From a virus: a stretch of 33,405 nucleotides of DNA. The translations under genes were made by a program, and so were the position numbers. This document shows positions 1 to 9,341 of the stretch, one piece after another. The first letter of the stretch is position 1; the number at the start of each line of letters is the position of its first letter. The stretch spans positions 1-33,405 of IMG/VR virus record IMGVR_UViG_3300017727_001923; one strand, given 5' to 3'. Under the pieces are notes generated by a model. That model saw nothing but the letters and a program-made list of their open reading frames with translations, was not told where the DNA came from and searched no databases.

Positions 1-1
1 C

Positions 2-949
2 AAAGACTTTGAAGATTATGGTTATGATGTACAGAATAATGTACATCGTATCTACAGTGGTAAGGACAAGACTACCGACAAACCAGTTATTATCTCTACA
101 TGGCAATCAATCCATAGATTTTCTAAGGATTGGTTTGAGAATATGGGTTGTGTGTTTGGAGATGAAGTCCATTTATTCAAGGCAAAGTCTTTATCTGGTA
201 TCATGAATAAGTGTGTCAATGCGGAATATAGATTCGGTACTACAGGTACATTAGATGGTACAGAAACAAATAAACTTGTATTAGAAGGACTCTTTGGCCC
301 TACTCATAGAGTGACAATGACCAAGGACTTACAAGAACAGGGTAAACTTGCAAAGATAGATATCTCTGTTTTACTACTTCGTTATCATAATGATATATGT
401 CATAGGTTAAAGGAAGCGACCTATCAAGAAGAAATAGATTATATTGTTACAAATGAGAAAAGAAATAAACTTATAACTAATCTTGCCTTAGACCAGAAGG
501 GTAATTCTCTGGTGTTATTCCAATTCGTAGAGAAACATGGTAAACCTTTATTTGATATGATTAAGGATAAAGCGGGTGACCGACCAGTATATTATGTAAG
601 TGGTGAGGTAGAGGCAAAAGACCGAGAACAGATACGTGGTATCGTAGAGGGACAAAAGAATGCAATTATTGTTGCTAGTTTGGGGACTTTCAGTACTGGT
701 ATTAATATTAGGAATCTTCATAATATAGTATTCGCATCACCTAGTAAGAGTCAAGTTAAGGTACTGCAATCGATTGGGCGTGGACTGAGGAAGTCTGACG
801 ATGGTTCTGTGACCAAATTATACGATATAGCGGATGACTTACATATAAAATCACACAAGAACTTTACGTTGAGACACTCAGCAGAACGTATTAAAATATA
901 CACCAAGGAACAATTCCCATATAAGATTTATAAACTTGACTTGAAATGA
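2..949 (+). CDS. uvsW: UvsW-like SF2 DNA/RNA helicase, 5'-truncated by the window edge
   Basis: Frame is open from base 2 (KDFEDYGY...STWQSI). Motifs DEVH, GTTGT, TFSTGINI and QSIGRGLR. Typical position upstream of gp55. Confidence 0.93.
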   Translation, partial: KDFEDYGYDVQNNVHRIYSGKDKTTDKPVIISTWQSIHRFSKDWFENMGCVFGDEVHLFKAKSLSGIMNKCVNAEYRFGTTGTLDGTETNKLVLEGLFGPTHRVTMTKDLQEQGKLAKIDISVLLLRYHNDICHRLKEATYQEEIDYIVTNEKRNKLITNLALDQKGNSLVLFQFVEKHGKPLFDMIKDKAGDRPVYYVSGEVEAKDREQIRGIVEGQKNAIIVASLGTFSTGINIRNLHNIVFASPSKSQVKVLQSIGRGLRKSDDGSVTKLYDIADDLHIKSHKNFTLRHSAERIKIYTKEQFPYKIYKLDLK

Positions 950-2592
950 ACCAAATACCTATAGTAGAGAGAAGACCTCGTGGATTATTATTTGGTGGGT
1001 TTACCTCTCCCGATGAAAGACATGAAGAATATGCAAAGGAGATTCACACTGACTCAGAAATGGTGGTGCAAGGAATCTTTAATGGTATAGAAGCATTTCG
1101 TAGTTTTGGTAATCACAGAATCGCAACCCATATTAGAAAACATGGATGGGATGTAGAATGTATCGATTACAGTATATTCTTTACTAATGATGAACTATCT
1201 GAAATACTACGTACCAGAGTAACCAAGGATACTTTGTTTATTGGTTTCAGTATGATGTTCCATACGATGGCAACCGAACGACTTGTATGGTTTACCAATC
1301 ACATAAGAGAAAACTATCCGTGGGTAACACTCGTTGCGGGTGGACAAAAGACTTGGACAGTTACATGTGTTGAAGCAGATTATTATATCACTGGTAATGG
1401 TGAGTATGCAATGAGTGCTTTGTGCAAATATCTCACAGGTGAAGGAGAAGACCTAAAGGTACACAAGACATTGAAGAATGGTGGTAAGTTGATTACCGCA
1501 CAACACAGTTATCCGTGTTTCCCTAAGAGAGATGCAAACATATCATTCGAAGAACGTGACCATATCAAACCTAGTGAGACAATAAATATTGAGTTTGCAC
1601 GGGGGTGTATCTTTGAGTGTAAATATTGTTCGTTCCCTCTGTTGGGTATGAAACAAGATACGACCCGTAACGAAGAGAGTGTTTATCAAGAGTTACTAGA
1701 GAACTACGAGAAGTGGGGAACAACCAACTACTATATTACAGATGATACAGTAAACGACTCGAAGGACAAGATTGCACTTATCGCTCGTGCAGTAAGAAGA
1801 CTACCATTCCAACCACATTTCAGTGGGTATGTCAGAGCAGACCTATTGATTACACATGGAAAAGATACTTGGGATGATATGATTGATATGGGATTTACCT
1901 CGCATAGTTATGGGGTAGAAACCTTTAATCATAAGTCTGGTAAGACAGTAGGTAAAGGAATGAAACCAGAAAAACTCAAGAAGGGTCTATTAGAGATTCA
2001 AGAGTATTTTCGTGAGAGGTCACCCAACTACTATTGTGGTACATTTACAATGATTGCGGGTCTTCCTCATGAAACGTTTGAATCACTAGAAGAAACCAAG
2101 AATTGGGTCAACGAACATTGGGGTGGACATGTCGTATCTTTTCTACCGTTGATGTTATCAGAACCCGATGACGAACAAGCAGATGCGATTGACTGGAAGG
2201 TCTACAATAACTTTATGGAATATGGGTATACATACTCATATGATGAACCACATATAACAAATCCCGAAATAAGAAAAAAGGTTGACGGGATGCGGAAGAT
2301 GAAACGAAACAATAAGAACCGTGAAAAGAATCTATGGAACTACTGGGTGCATCCAAGTGGAGATTATGACTTTATAGATATGATTGAATGGGTACACGAG
2401 TTCACCAAAGAACGAGTTGAGTCAAAAATGAATCCCGCTGGCGTATGGCAAACTTGTTTTGTCCATGCAGAAGTATGGGAGAATCCCAAGGAAGGATATA
2501 AATATTATAAACAGGGACACGAAAATTTACCAGTTAAAGGTCTGATAAATATAATCAGAAACTATAAACTAAACAAAATGGAATTACAATGA
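946..2592 (+). CDS. Radical SAM protein with probable N-terminal cobalamin-binding-like domain
   Basis: CxxxCxxC motif in ARGCIFECKYCSF. N-terminal IGFS...VAGG...DYYITGNGE pattern typical of B12-binding radical SAM enzymes. DDTVN, YGVET and MIAGLPHET barrel motifs. Confidence 0.85.
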   Translation: MNQIPIVERRPRGLLFGGFTSPDERHEEYAKEIHTDSEMVVQGIFNGIEAFRSFGNHRIATHIRKHGWDVECIDYSIFFTNDELSEILRTRVTKDTLFIGFSMMFHTMATERLVWFTNHIRENYPWVTLVAGGQKTWTVTCVEADYYITGNGEYAMSALCKYLTGEGEDLKVHKTLKNGGKLITAQHSYPCFPKRDANISFEERDHIKPSETINIEFARGCIFECKYCSFPLLGMKQDTTRNEESVYQELLENYEKWGTTNYYITDDTVNDSKDKIALIARAVRRLPFQPHFSGYVRADLLITHGKDTWDDMIDMGFTSHSYGVETFNHKSGKTVGKGMKPEKLKKGLLEIQEYFRERSPNYYCGTFTMIAGLPHETFESLEETKNWVNEHWGGHVVSFLPLMLSEPDDEQADAIDWKVYNNFMEYGYTYSYDEPHITNPEIRKKVDGMRKMKRNNKNREKNLWNYWVHPSGDYDFIDMIEWVHEFTKERVESKMNPAGVWQTCFVHAEVWENPKEGYKYYKQGHENLPVKGLINIIRNYKLNKMELQ

Positions 2593-3080
2593 GTTACAGA
2601 GAAGAGTTCGAATTAAGACAATTTAAATTAACCTCTGGGGAAGAGATTGTTGCGGAGATTCTCCAGTGGAATGAAGAGGTTCATGGTAGTCTTGAGATTG
2701 TGATTAGAAAAGCAATGAGACTAAAATTAGTTGAGACCGAAGAAGGTATCAAGTATTACTCGTTTCGACCTTGGATGGTTTACCAAGAACATCCCGAAGA
2801 TATTCTTATCTTGAATGGGAACAATGTTATTGGTATAGCATTTCCACCCGATACGTTGGTCTTGCAATACGATACCGCAGTCAAAGAAATGACTGTTATG
2901 AACGAAGAAAGAGAACAAGAATTCACTCAACAACTTGCTGATAAAGTTCATAAAGGAAGATTTGCACAAAGAAAACCACGTGCATCAAATGAAGATGGAT
3001 TGAAAGAATTCTTACAACAGGATAGTGGGAGTAATGTTATCAGTATGTTTGGTGACATAGACCCGACAAAAATACACTAA
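2589..3080 (+). CDS. Conserved T4-like phage protein, possible Sm/Hfq-like fold
   Basis: N-terminal FKLTSGEEIVAEI beta-rich motif seen in the gene following uvsW in marine T4-like phages. ATGA overlap with the upstream gene. Confidence 0.55.
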   Translation: MSYREEFELRQFKLTSGEEIVAEILQWNEEVHGSLEIVIRKAMRLKLVETEEGIKYYSFRPWMVYQEHPEDILILNGNNVIGIAFPPDTLVLQYDTAVKEMTVMNEEREQEFTQQLADKVHKGRFAQRKPRASNEDGLKEFLQQDSGSNVISMFGDIDPTKIH

Positions 3081-3652
3081 TGCTTAAACTTCGTAATGTA
3101 CATGATGATTATATCTTTATCAAGATGCTTGATGATGAAGATATGAATATGAGGATAGTTGACCGACTTAATTCATTGGATGAACGCATTCTAGATACTA
3201 ATGTAGAGTCGGGAATTATTCCCGCAGTAAAACAGTTTCCTGAATTTCAAAAACTACAAACAATCGTAGAAAACTTTTGTAAAGAATCTTCAGAAAAGAT
3301 ACAGTTAGATTGGTGGGGACATCATTCACGAAACGAACCAAACAAATTTTGGAATAAATCATATATACAATCACAGTATTGTAATGTTATGTGGGGAGTA
3401 CGTCAAGTCAGTGGACAAATCACGACACCGCACGACCATTGGCCAACCACGTGGTCATTTGTTTATTACATCGACCCACCCGAAGGATGTTCTAATTTAT
3501 TTTTTCCAACCCTAGATTATGGGTTAGAAATTGAACATGGGAAATTAGTTATCTTTAGAAGTCATTTGATACATGAAACTGTATCATTACCATTCGAAGA
3601 TTACCGATATTGTGTTGCTGGAACTGTAGTATTCAGCCTCCCCGAACGCTAA
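3080..3652 (+). CDS. 2OG-Fe(II) oxygenase-like protein
   Basis: PHDH...WSFVYYI...LVIFRSHLIH...RYCVAG: HxH...H...R DSBH pattern. Confidence 0.75.
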   Translation: MLKLRNVHDDYIFIKMLDDEDMNMRIVDRLNSLDERILDTNVESGIIPAVKQFPEFQKLQTIVENFCKESSEKIQLDWWGHHSRNEPNKFWNKSYIQSQYCNVMWGVRQVSGQITTPHDHWPTTWSFVYYIDPPEGCSNLFFPTLDYGLEIEHGKLVIFRSHLIHETVSLPFEDYRYCVAGTVVFSLPER

Positions 3653-3656
3653 GCTT

Positions 3657-3685
3657 ATTATACACTGAGAAACAACTTTTGTCAA
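3657..3685 (-). promoter_or_regulatory. Consensus sigma70 promoter, antisense orientation
   Basis: Minus strand reads TTGACA-aaagttgtttctcagtg(17)-TATAAT, with TG immediately before the -10. Confidence 0.75.
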
Positions 3686-4125
3686 GCCCTAATTTAAAAA
3701 AAATCGGTATTACTTTTTCATGCTTTGACCTGTTCCATGCGGGACATGTTCAGATGTTAAGAGAAGCAAAGACTGTCTGTGATTATCTTATTATAGGATT
3801 ACAGGTAGACCCTAGTATCGACAGACCCGAAAAGAACTCCCCACTTCAATCTATAACTGAAAGATATATACAGGTAGATGCATGTAAATACGTAGATGAA
3901 ATTATTCCCTACAGTACTGAATCGGATTTACTAGACCTATTAGAACTGGTTCACTATGATATCAGAATAATTGGAGAGGAGTACAGAGATAAAGACTTCA
4001 CTGGTAAGCAACTAGCACTTGACAATTGCAGAGAGATATACTATAATAGTAGACATCACAGATTCAGCAGCAGTCAATTACGACATATAATGGAAAATGA
4101 AAATGGCAAAGACGGAAAAGATTAA
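3679..4125 (+). CDS. Glycerol-3-phosphate cytidylyltransferase-like (TagD family) nucleotidyltransferase
   Basis: FSCFDLFHAGH (HxGH motif), YVDEIIPY, R..SSS C-terminal motif. Start uncertain (TTG at 3679 chosen). Confidence 0.85.
   Translation: MSSPNLKKIGITFSCFDLFHAGHVQMLREAKTVCDYLIIGLQVDPSIDRPEKNSPLQSITERYIQVDACKYVDEIIPYSTESDLLDLLELVHYDIRIIGEEYRDKDFTGKQLALDNCREIYYNSRHHRFSSSQLRHIMENENGKDGKD
4019..4047 (+). promoter_or_regulatory. sigma70 promoter for gp55
   Basis: TTGACA-17 nt-TATAAT embedded in the 3' end of the cytidylyltransferase gene. Confidence 0.8.
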
Positions 4126-4708
4126 ACCAAAAGATAAACCGCATTACGTTAATAATGCACAGTTCTCGCAATCAGTTGTAGACTACTGTACACTTGTAAA
4201 AGAAGCAAAAGAGTCTGGTGGAAAACAACCCATCATTCCTGATTATATTGCAACGTGTTTTTTAAAGATTTGTGAAGGATTATCACATAAGGCAAACTTC
4301 GTTCGATATACATATCGTGAAGAGATGGTAATGGATGCAGTAGAGAACTGTCTAAAAGCAATTCAGAACTATAATATTGAAGCTGCAACACGTACAGGTA
4401 AACCAAATGCGTTTGCATACTTTACACAGATTTCATGGTTTGCATTCCTACGTAGGATTGAGAAAGAAAAGAAACAACAAGATATTAAGATGAAGTATAT
4501 GGAACAATCTGGTATCGAAAACTTCCTTGACCAAGAGTTAGGTGACGCACAATCAAATCAAGTTGCTGCCGCATTTGTTGACCAACTTAGATTCCGTATT
4601 GATGAAATCAAAGACAGAGATAGGGAATGGAAAGAAATTGTTAAGAAGGAACGTAAGAGGAGAACTGTAAAAGTAGACTCTGACTTGGGTGACTTCATAG
4701 AAGATTAA
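4097..4708 (+). CDS. gp55: Late-transcription sigma factor gp55
   Basis: HYVNN...FVRYTYREEMVMDAVENC...NAFAYFTQI.WFAFLRRI.KEKKQ. Located before gp47/gp46. Confidence 0.95.
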   Translation: MKMAKTEKIKPKDKPHYVNNAQFSQSVVDYCTLVKEAKESGGKQPIIPDYIATCFLKICEGLSHKANFVRYTYREEMVMDAVENCLKAIQNYNIEAATRTGKPNAFAYFTQISWFAFLRRIEKEKKQQDIKMKYMEQSGIENFLDQELGDAQSNQVAAAFVDQLRFRIDEIKDRDREWKEIVKKERKRRTVKVDSDLGDFIED

Positions 4709-5136
4709 TGAAAGTAGGATTTATATTATTGGGTGCGTTAGTAGTCAGTCGATTACTACCGTTACCCCCTAATAGTGAACCTCTATTGGGACTTGCTGTA
4801 CTATCACCATATTTGTCTAAAAACATGTGGGTTTGGTTTGCACCGTTACTGGTCATGTTAATATCAGATATCATTATCGGGTTTCATGGTCACATGATGT
4901 TTACATATACTGCTCTTGCAGTCTCACCGTTTATAAGTAAACACATACACTACAAATATCAATCACTTATGTGGAGTTGGTTGTTGTGGCATGTAATGGC
5001 AAACTTTGGTCAATCATATCCCGCATTCTCACCAGAGGCACTTGTTTTCGATATAAGATTCTTACTAAGTGGGTTATGTGTATTAGTCGTATATGACTTG
5101 ACATTTTATGTTAGACGGAGTATAATGACCAAATGA
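4708..5136 (+). CDS. Multi-pass membrane protein, DUF6580/ECF S-component-like (candidate vitamin transporter)
   Basis: SRLLPLPPNxxP...MLISDIIIGFH motif and about 5 hydrophobic helices. Confidence 0.6.
   Translation: MKVGFILLGALVVSRLLPLPPNSEPLLGLAVLSPYLSKNMWVWFAPLLVMLISDIIIGFHGHMMFTYTALAVSPFISKHIHYKYQSLMWSWLLWHVMANFGQSYPAFSPEALVFDIRFLLSGLCVLVVYDLTFYVRRSIMTK
5098..5126 (+). promoter_or_regulatory. sigma70 promoter upstream of gp47
   Basis: TTGACA-17 nt-TATAAT. Confidence 0.8.
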
Positions 5137-5267
5137 ATTACAAAGAACTAAAGAAAGACCGTAAAAAGTTACGTAAAAAAGCAATCAAATTGCAGAACAA
5201 TTCTGCGGGTAAACTACCCATGGCAGACGCAATAAGAATTGCACAGAAAGATACTGCAACCAAGTAA
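5133..5267 (+). CDS. Small basic hypothetical protein (44 aa)
   Basis: MNYKELKKDRKKLRKKAIKLQNN...; ATGA overlap with upstream gene, GGAG upstream. Not in the ORF track. Confidence 0.6.
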   Translation: MNYKELKKDRKKLRKKAIKLQNNSAGKLPMADAIRIAQKDTATK

Positions 5268-5279
5268 AGGTACACCACT

Positions 5280-6338
5280 TTGAAAATCGCTATATTAAAC
5301 GATACCCATGCGGGTTGTCGGAATTCATCTGATATCTTTATGGATTATCAAGAACGTTTCTATGCAGAAGTGTTTTTTCCATACTTGATTGAGAATGATA
5401 TCAAACATATCTTGCACTTAGGTGATTACTACGATAACCGTAAGACAATCAACTTTAAGGCACTACAACATAACCGTAAGATATTCCTAGAACCTATGCG
5501 TGAACTTGGTATTACCATGGATATAATTCCTGGCAATCATGACGTATACTATAAGAATACTAATGAGTTGAATGCATTGAAAGAACTACAGGGTCACTAT
5601 ATGAATGAAGTGAATCTTGTTATGAAACCAACAGTAATAGATTATGATGGAACAGGTATCGCACTTGTCCCTTGGATTAATCCTGAGAACGAAAAAGATT
5701 CACTAGAATTCCTTGCAAACTGTAAGGCAGATATCGTGGGCGCTCACTTGGAACTACAAGGTTTCGAGATGTCCAAAGGTATGCCTTGTATGGAAGGTAT
5801 GGATAGGAAACACTTTGACCGATTTGATATGGTATTGACTGGTCACTTCCATGCTAAATCAACTCAAAACAATATCTATTACTTGGGTAGTCAGATGGAG
5901 TTCTTCTGGAACGATTGTAATGACCCTAAACACTTTCATGTACTTGATACTGAAACAAGAGAGTTAACACCTATTGTTAATCCTATTACCATATATGAGA
6001 AGATATATTACGACCATGAGAACATGCGTAAGTTTCAAGACCTCAAGTATCTTGACAATAAGTTCGTCAAAGTCATTGTTACTAACAAGGGTGACCCATA
6101 TGAGTTCGAACGATTTATTGACCGTGTCCAAGCACAGAAGATTCACGAACTAAAGATTGCAGAAGATTTTAAGGAATTTGTAGGTTCTAATGTGGACGAT
6201 GGTAATATATCTGTTGACGATACAGAGACACTCGTATACGATTATATTGACAATGTTAATACTGACCTAGATAAAGGACGCATTAAGAAAGAGGTATCTC
6301 ACTTAATGAAGGAAGCTCAATCAATGGAGATAGTTTAG
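5280..6338 (+). CDS. gp47: Recombination endonuclease subunit gp47 (Mre11/SbcD-like)
   Basis: Metallophosphoesterase motifs DTH, GDYYD, GNHD and GHFH. Confidence 0.95.
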   Translation: MKIAILNDTHAGCRNSSDIFMDYQERFYAEVFFPYLIENDIKHILHLGDYYDNRKTINFKALQHNRKIFLEPMRELGITMDIIPGNHDVYYKNTNELNALKELQGHYMNEVNLVMKPTVIDYDGTGIALVPWINPENEKDSLEFLANCKADIVGAHLELQGFEMSKGMPCMEGMDRKHFDRFDMVLTGHFHAKSTQNNIYYLGSQMEFFWNDCNDPKHFHVLDTETRELTPIVNPITIYEKIYYDHENMRKFQDLKYLDNKFVKVIVTNKGDPYEFERFIDRVQAQKIHELKIAEDFKEFVGSNVDDGNISVDDTETLVYDYIDNVNTDLDKGRIKKEVSHLMKEAQSMEIV

Positions 6339-6631
6339 TGGCAACTAAGAATGATATCACTGGAGACAGTATTCAGACTAAACCCGATGGTGGTACTGAA
6401 TACGGTGATGGATGGGACAGGATTTTTGGTAACAAGAATCAGAAACACAAACAACAAGACTTGACTGAATTAAATGGTGACGGTAATCGTGACCGTGGAC
6501 GTTATGGTGAAGACTTGGAAAAAGAACATCCATTCCCTTACTGGGAACACTACTGTACAGTAGAATCTTCCTTAATGGGTGTTGCAATAGGCGAACCTTG
6601 TAACTGGTGCGGTCTGACCGAAAAAGATTAG
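6338..6631 (+). CDS. Hypothetical phage protein with C-terminal putative Zn-binding motif
   Basis: NDITGDSIQTK...WDRIFG N-terminus; H-x-C...C-x2-C C-terminus. Confidence 0.6.
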   Translation: MATKNDITGDSIQTKPDGGTEYGDGWDRIFGNKNQKHKQQDLTELNGDGNRDRGRYGEDLEKEHPFPYWEHYCTVESSLMGVAIGEPCNWCGLTEKD

Positions 6632-6633
6632 AC

Positions 6634-6662
6634 TTGACTTTATATGATGAAGGTGGTATACT
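6634..6662 (+). promoter_or_regulatory. sigma70 promoter for gp46
   Basis: TTGACT-17 nt-TATACT with extended -10 TG. Confidence 0.7.
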
Positions 6663-6668
6663 ACCCCA

Positions 6669-8384
6669 ATGATAAATTTTAAAAAACTAAGATTTAAAAA
6701 TTTCCTGTCTACAGGAAATAACTTTACTGATATAAGTTTTGATGACACACCGACTACGTTAGTGGTTGGTCACAACGGTGCGGGTAAGTCCACAATGTTG
6801 GATGCACTGTCGTTTGGACTATTTGGTAAACCCCATCGAAAGATTTCTAAGGGACAACTCGTAAATACTATTAACCAAAAAGGTACAATAGTTGAAGTTG
6901 AGTTCTCTATTGGTAAACAGAACTATAAGATTGTCCGTGGTATCAAACCTAATAAGTTTGAGATATGGGTCAATGGTAATATGGTTAACCAAGACTCCCA
7001 TGCAAAAGAATATCAATCGATGCTTGAGAAGAACATTCTTATGTTATCTCATAAATCATTCCACCAGATTGTGGTGTTGGGTTCGTCATCCTTTGTACCC
7101 TTTATGCAATTAGCTGGCGGTTCAAGACGTGAGGTCATAGAAGACCTACTTGATATCAATATGTTCTCTAAGATGAACGGACTTCTTAAAGAGAAGATGT
7201 CTATTCTTAAAGACCAAATACACAACAACTCACATCAAATCAATCTAGTTGATACCAAAATCAATGCACAAAAGAAGTATCTACGTGACCTGAGTGCGAT
7301 ATCTAGTCACCAGAAGAAACAGAAATTAGATACTATTAAACAGTTACAAGAAGACATTCGTGTACTCAATGAGTCAAATGCGGAGGTCACTGAAGAAGTC
7401 ACTGCATCTAAAGAAGTCACTACCGAAATTGTTAGTGTGGGTAAGGAACTACAATCTCTCAATGAGTTTGCAGCAGGATTTAAAACACAACAGAAGGATG
7501 TAGTCAAACAGGCAAAGTTCTTTGAAGAGAATGACAAATGTCCTACCTGTGACCAAGACATCGACCAGAAACTAAAAGAGTTTCATCTGAACAAGTGTAA
7601 GACTCGTGCGGGTACTATTAATGGTGCATTAGAAATGCACAGTCTACGTAAGTCAGACTTGGATGCAAAGTTAGAAGAACTCAATAAGATGCAAGACAAT
7701 ATCCGCAATTGGCAATCTAAGATTGATGCAAACACTCAAGAGATTATGAGTATCAATAGAAACATTGACACCTTGAATGGTGAGGTTTCTAAGATTGACG
7801 AAGGTACTGGTGACCTATCAGAAGCAAACACTGAGTTAGAATCCTTGCGTACTGATAAGGAAGACCTACAAGAGTCCAAGTATAAACTCAATGAACAACA
7901 CTCATACAATCAAGTGTATGCAGAGTTGTTAAAAGACACTGGTATTAAGACCAAGATTATTAAACAGTACTTACCAGTCATCAATCAGTTGACTAACAAG
8001 TACCTACAGATTCTAGACTTCTTTGTACACTTTGATTTGGACGAAAGTTTCGTTGAGACTATTCGTTCAAGACATCGTGATAACTTTTCGTATGACTCAT
8101 TCTCTGAGGGTGAGAAACAACGGATTGACTTGTCCCTACTATTTACGTGGAGACAGATTGCAAAGATGAAGAATAGTGTTGCGACCAATCTACTAGTCCT
8201 TGATGAAACTTTTGATTCATCTCTGGATGAAGAGGGTATTGAAAACCTCATGAAGATTATCTCTACACTAGGTGAAGATACAAACGTTTTTGTTATCTCA
8301 CATAAGAGTGAACTCGAAGATGCACATTTCCATCGTAAGATTGAGTTCGTAAAAGAAAAGAACTTTAGTAAAATAAAGGCTTGA
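6669..8384 (+). CDS. gp46: Recombination ATPase subunit gp46 (Rad50/SbcC-like)
   Basis: Walker A GHNGAGKS, Zn hook CPTC, signature FSEGE, Walker B LVLDE, coiled coils. Confidence 0.96.
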   Translation: MINFKKLRFKNFLSTGNNFTDISFDDTPTTLVVGHNGAGKSTMLDALSFGLFGKPHRKISKGQLVNTINQKGTIVEVEFSIGKQNYKIVRGIKPNKFEIWVNGNMVNQDSHAKEYQSMLEKNILMLSHKSFHQIVVLGSSSFVPFMQLAGGSRREVIEDLLDINMFSKMNGLLKEKMSILKDQIHNNSHQINLVDTKINAQKKYLRDLSAISSHQKKQKLDTIKQLQEDIRVLNESNAEVTEEVTASKEVTTEIVSVGKELQSLNEFAAGFKTQQKDVVKQAKFFEENDKCPTCDQDIDQKLKEFHLNKCKTRAGTINGALEMHSLRKSDLDAKLEELNKMQDNIRNWQSKIDANTQEIMSINRNIDTLNGEVSKIDEGTGDLSEANTELESLRTDKEDLQESKYKLNEQHSYNQVYAELLKDTGIKTKIIKQYLPVINQLTNKYLQILDFFVHFDLDESFVETIRSRHRDNFSYDSFSEGEKQRIDLSLLFTWRQIAKMKNSVATNLLVLDETFDSSLDEEGIENLMKIISTLGEDTNVFVISHKSELEDAHFHRKIEFVKEKNFSKIKA

Positions 8385-8409
8385 CTTTAAATGAAACGTA
8401 TGGTATCAT
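8381..8409 (+). promoter_or_regulatory. sigma70 promoter for gp45
   Basis: TTGACT-17 nt-TATCAT with extended -10 TG. Confidence 0.65.
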
Positions 8410-8445
8410 ACACTTTATAAATTACAAAACCGAGAGGAATATATT

Positions 8446-9123
8446 ATGGAATTATCCGATACTACGATGAGTGTTCTAAAGAACTACTCAACTATTAACC
8501 CGAACATTGTTGTCACAGAAGGCAGCACACTAAAGACTATTTCAGTCGCACGTAATGTTCTATCTACTGTTGAACTTACTGAAGAGTTTCCACAGTCATT
8601 TGGAATCTACGACCTGAATGAATTTCTAAATGTTCTATCCCTAGTGGATTCACCACGACTCAAGTTCGAGAAGGACTTTGTGACCGTGGGTGATTCAACT
8701 GGACGTTCATCAGTGAAGTACTTCTTCTCTGACCCTGAGATGTTAACCTCGCCTGGCAAGAATATTAATATGCCAGAAGCAGAAGTTAATTTTGTACTAG
8801 ATACAGATACATTGGGCAAAGTAAAACGTGCCGCTGCAGCTTTAGGTCACGATGAGATATCAATTACACCTGTGACGGGTGCGATTCGTTTATCAGTCAT
8901 TGACAGTAAAGACGCAACAAGTAATGTATTCTCTATTGATGTAGAGGGTACGTACCCAGATGATGTTGATTTCAACTTCATCATGAATGTTGGTAACATA
9001 AAAGTTGTCAACGAAGACTTTGATGTAAGTATCAGTTCGAAACTTATTTCAAAATTTGCAAGTAAACAATCCACGATTGAATACTTTATTGCACTAGAAA
9101 AAACATCTAACTACGGAGCATAA
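8446..9123 (+). CDS. gp45: Sliding clamp gp45
   Basis: LKNYSTINPN...FGIYDLNEFL...YFIALE. GAGAGG RBS. Confidence 0.95.
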   Translation: MELSDTTMSVLKNYSTINPNIVVTEGSTLKTISVARNVLSTVELTEEFPQSFGIYDLNEFLNVLSLVDSPRLKFEKDFVTVGDSTGRSSVKYFFSDPEMLTSPGKNINMPEAEVNFVLDTDTLGKVKRAAAALGHDEISITPVTGAIRLSVIDSKDATSNVFSIDVEGTYPDDVDFNFIMNVGNIKVVNEDFDVSISSKLISKFASKQSTIEYFIALEKTSNYGA

Positions 9124-9125
9124 AG

Positions 9126-9341
9126 ATGGCAAAAGCACAACAAGCAGAAAAAGACCACTCTTCAATCTATGAACTTGGTAACAGAGTTTCTCGTTCTACA
9201 GTAGCAGTAATTGATACTGTTGTACAACGAGGTGGATTCAAGGGTGAGGAATTATCAACCATTGGTCAACTAAGAGACCAAGCGGTTCAAATTATTCAAC
9301 TATGTGAGGAGTATCAATCCGAACAAGGAGTTGAAGAGTAA
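9126..9341 (+). CDS. Small conserved hypothetical protein (71 aa)
   Basis: Tightly coupled to gp45; helical VIDTVVQRGGFKGEELSTIGQLR motif. Confidence 0.7.
   Translation: MAKAQQAEKDHSSIYELGNRVSRSTVAVIDTVVQRGGFKGEELSTIGQLRDQAVQIIQLCEEYQSEQGVEE

Noticed and set aside
7384-7422. Repeated GAAGTCACT in gp46
   Set aside because: Encodes EVT repeats in the coiled coil; not a CRISPR array or regulatory repeat.
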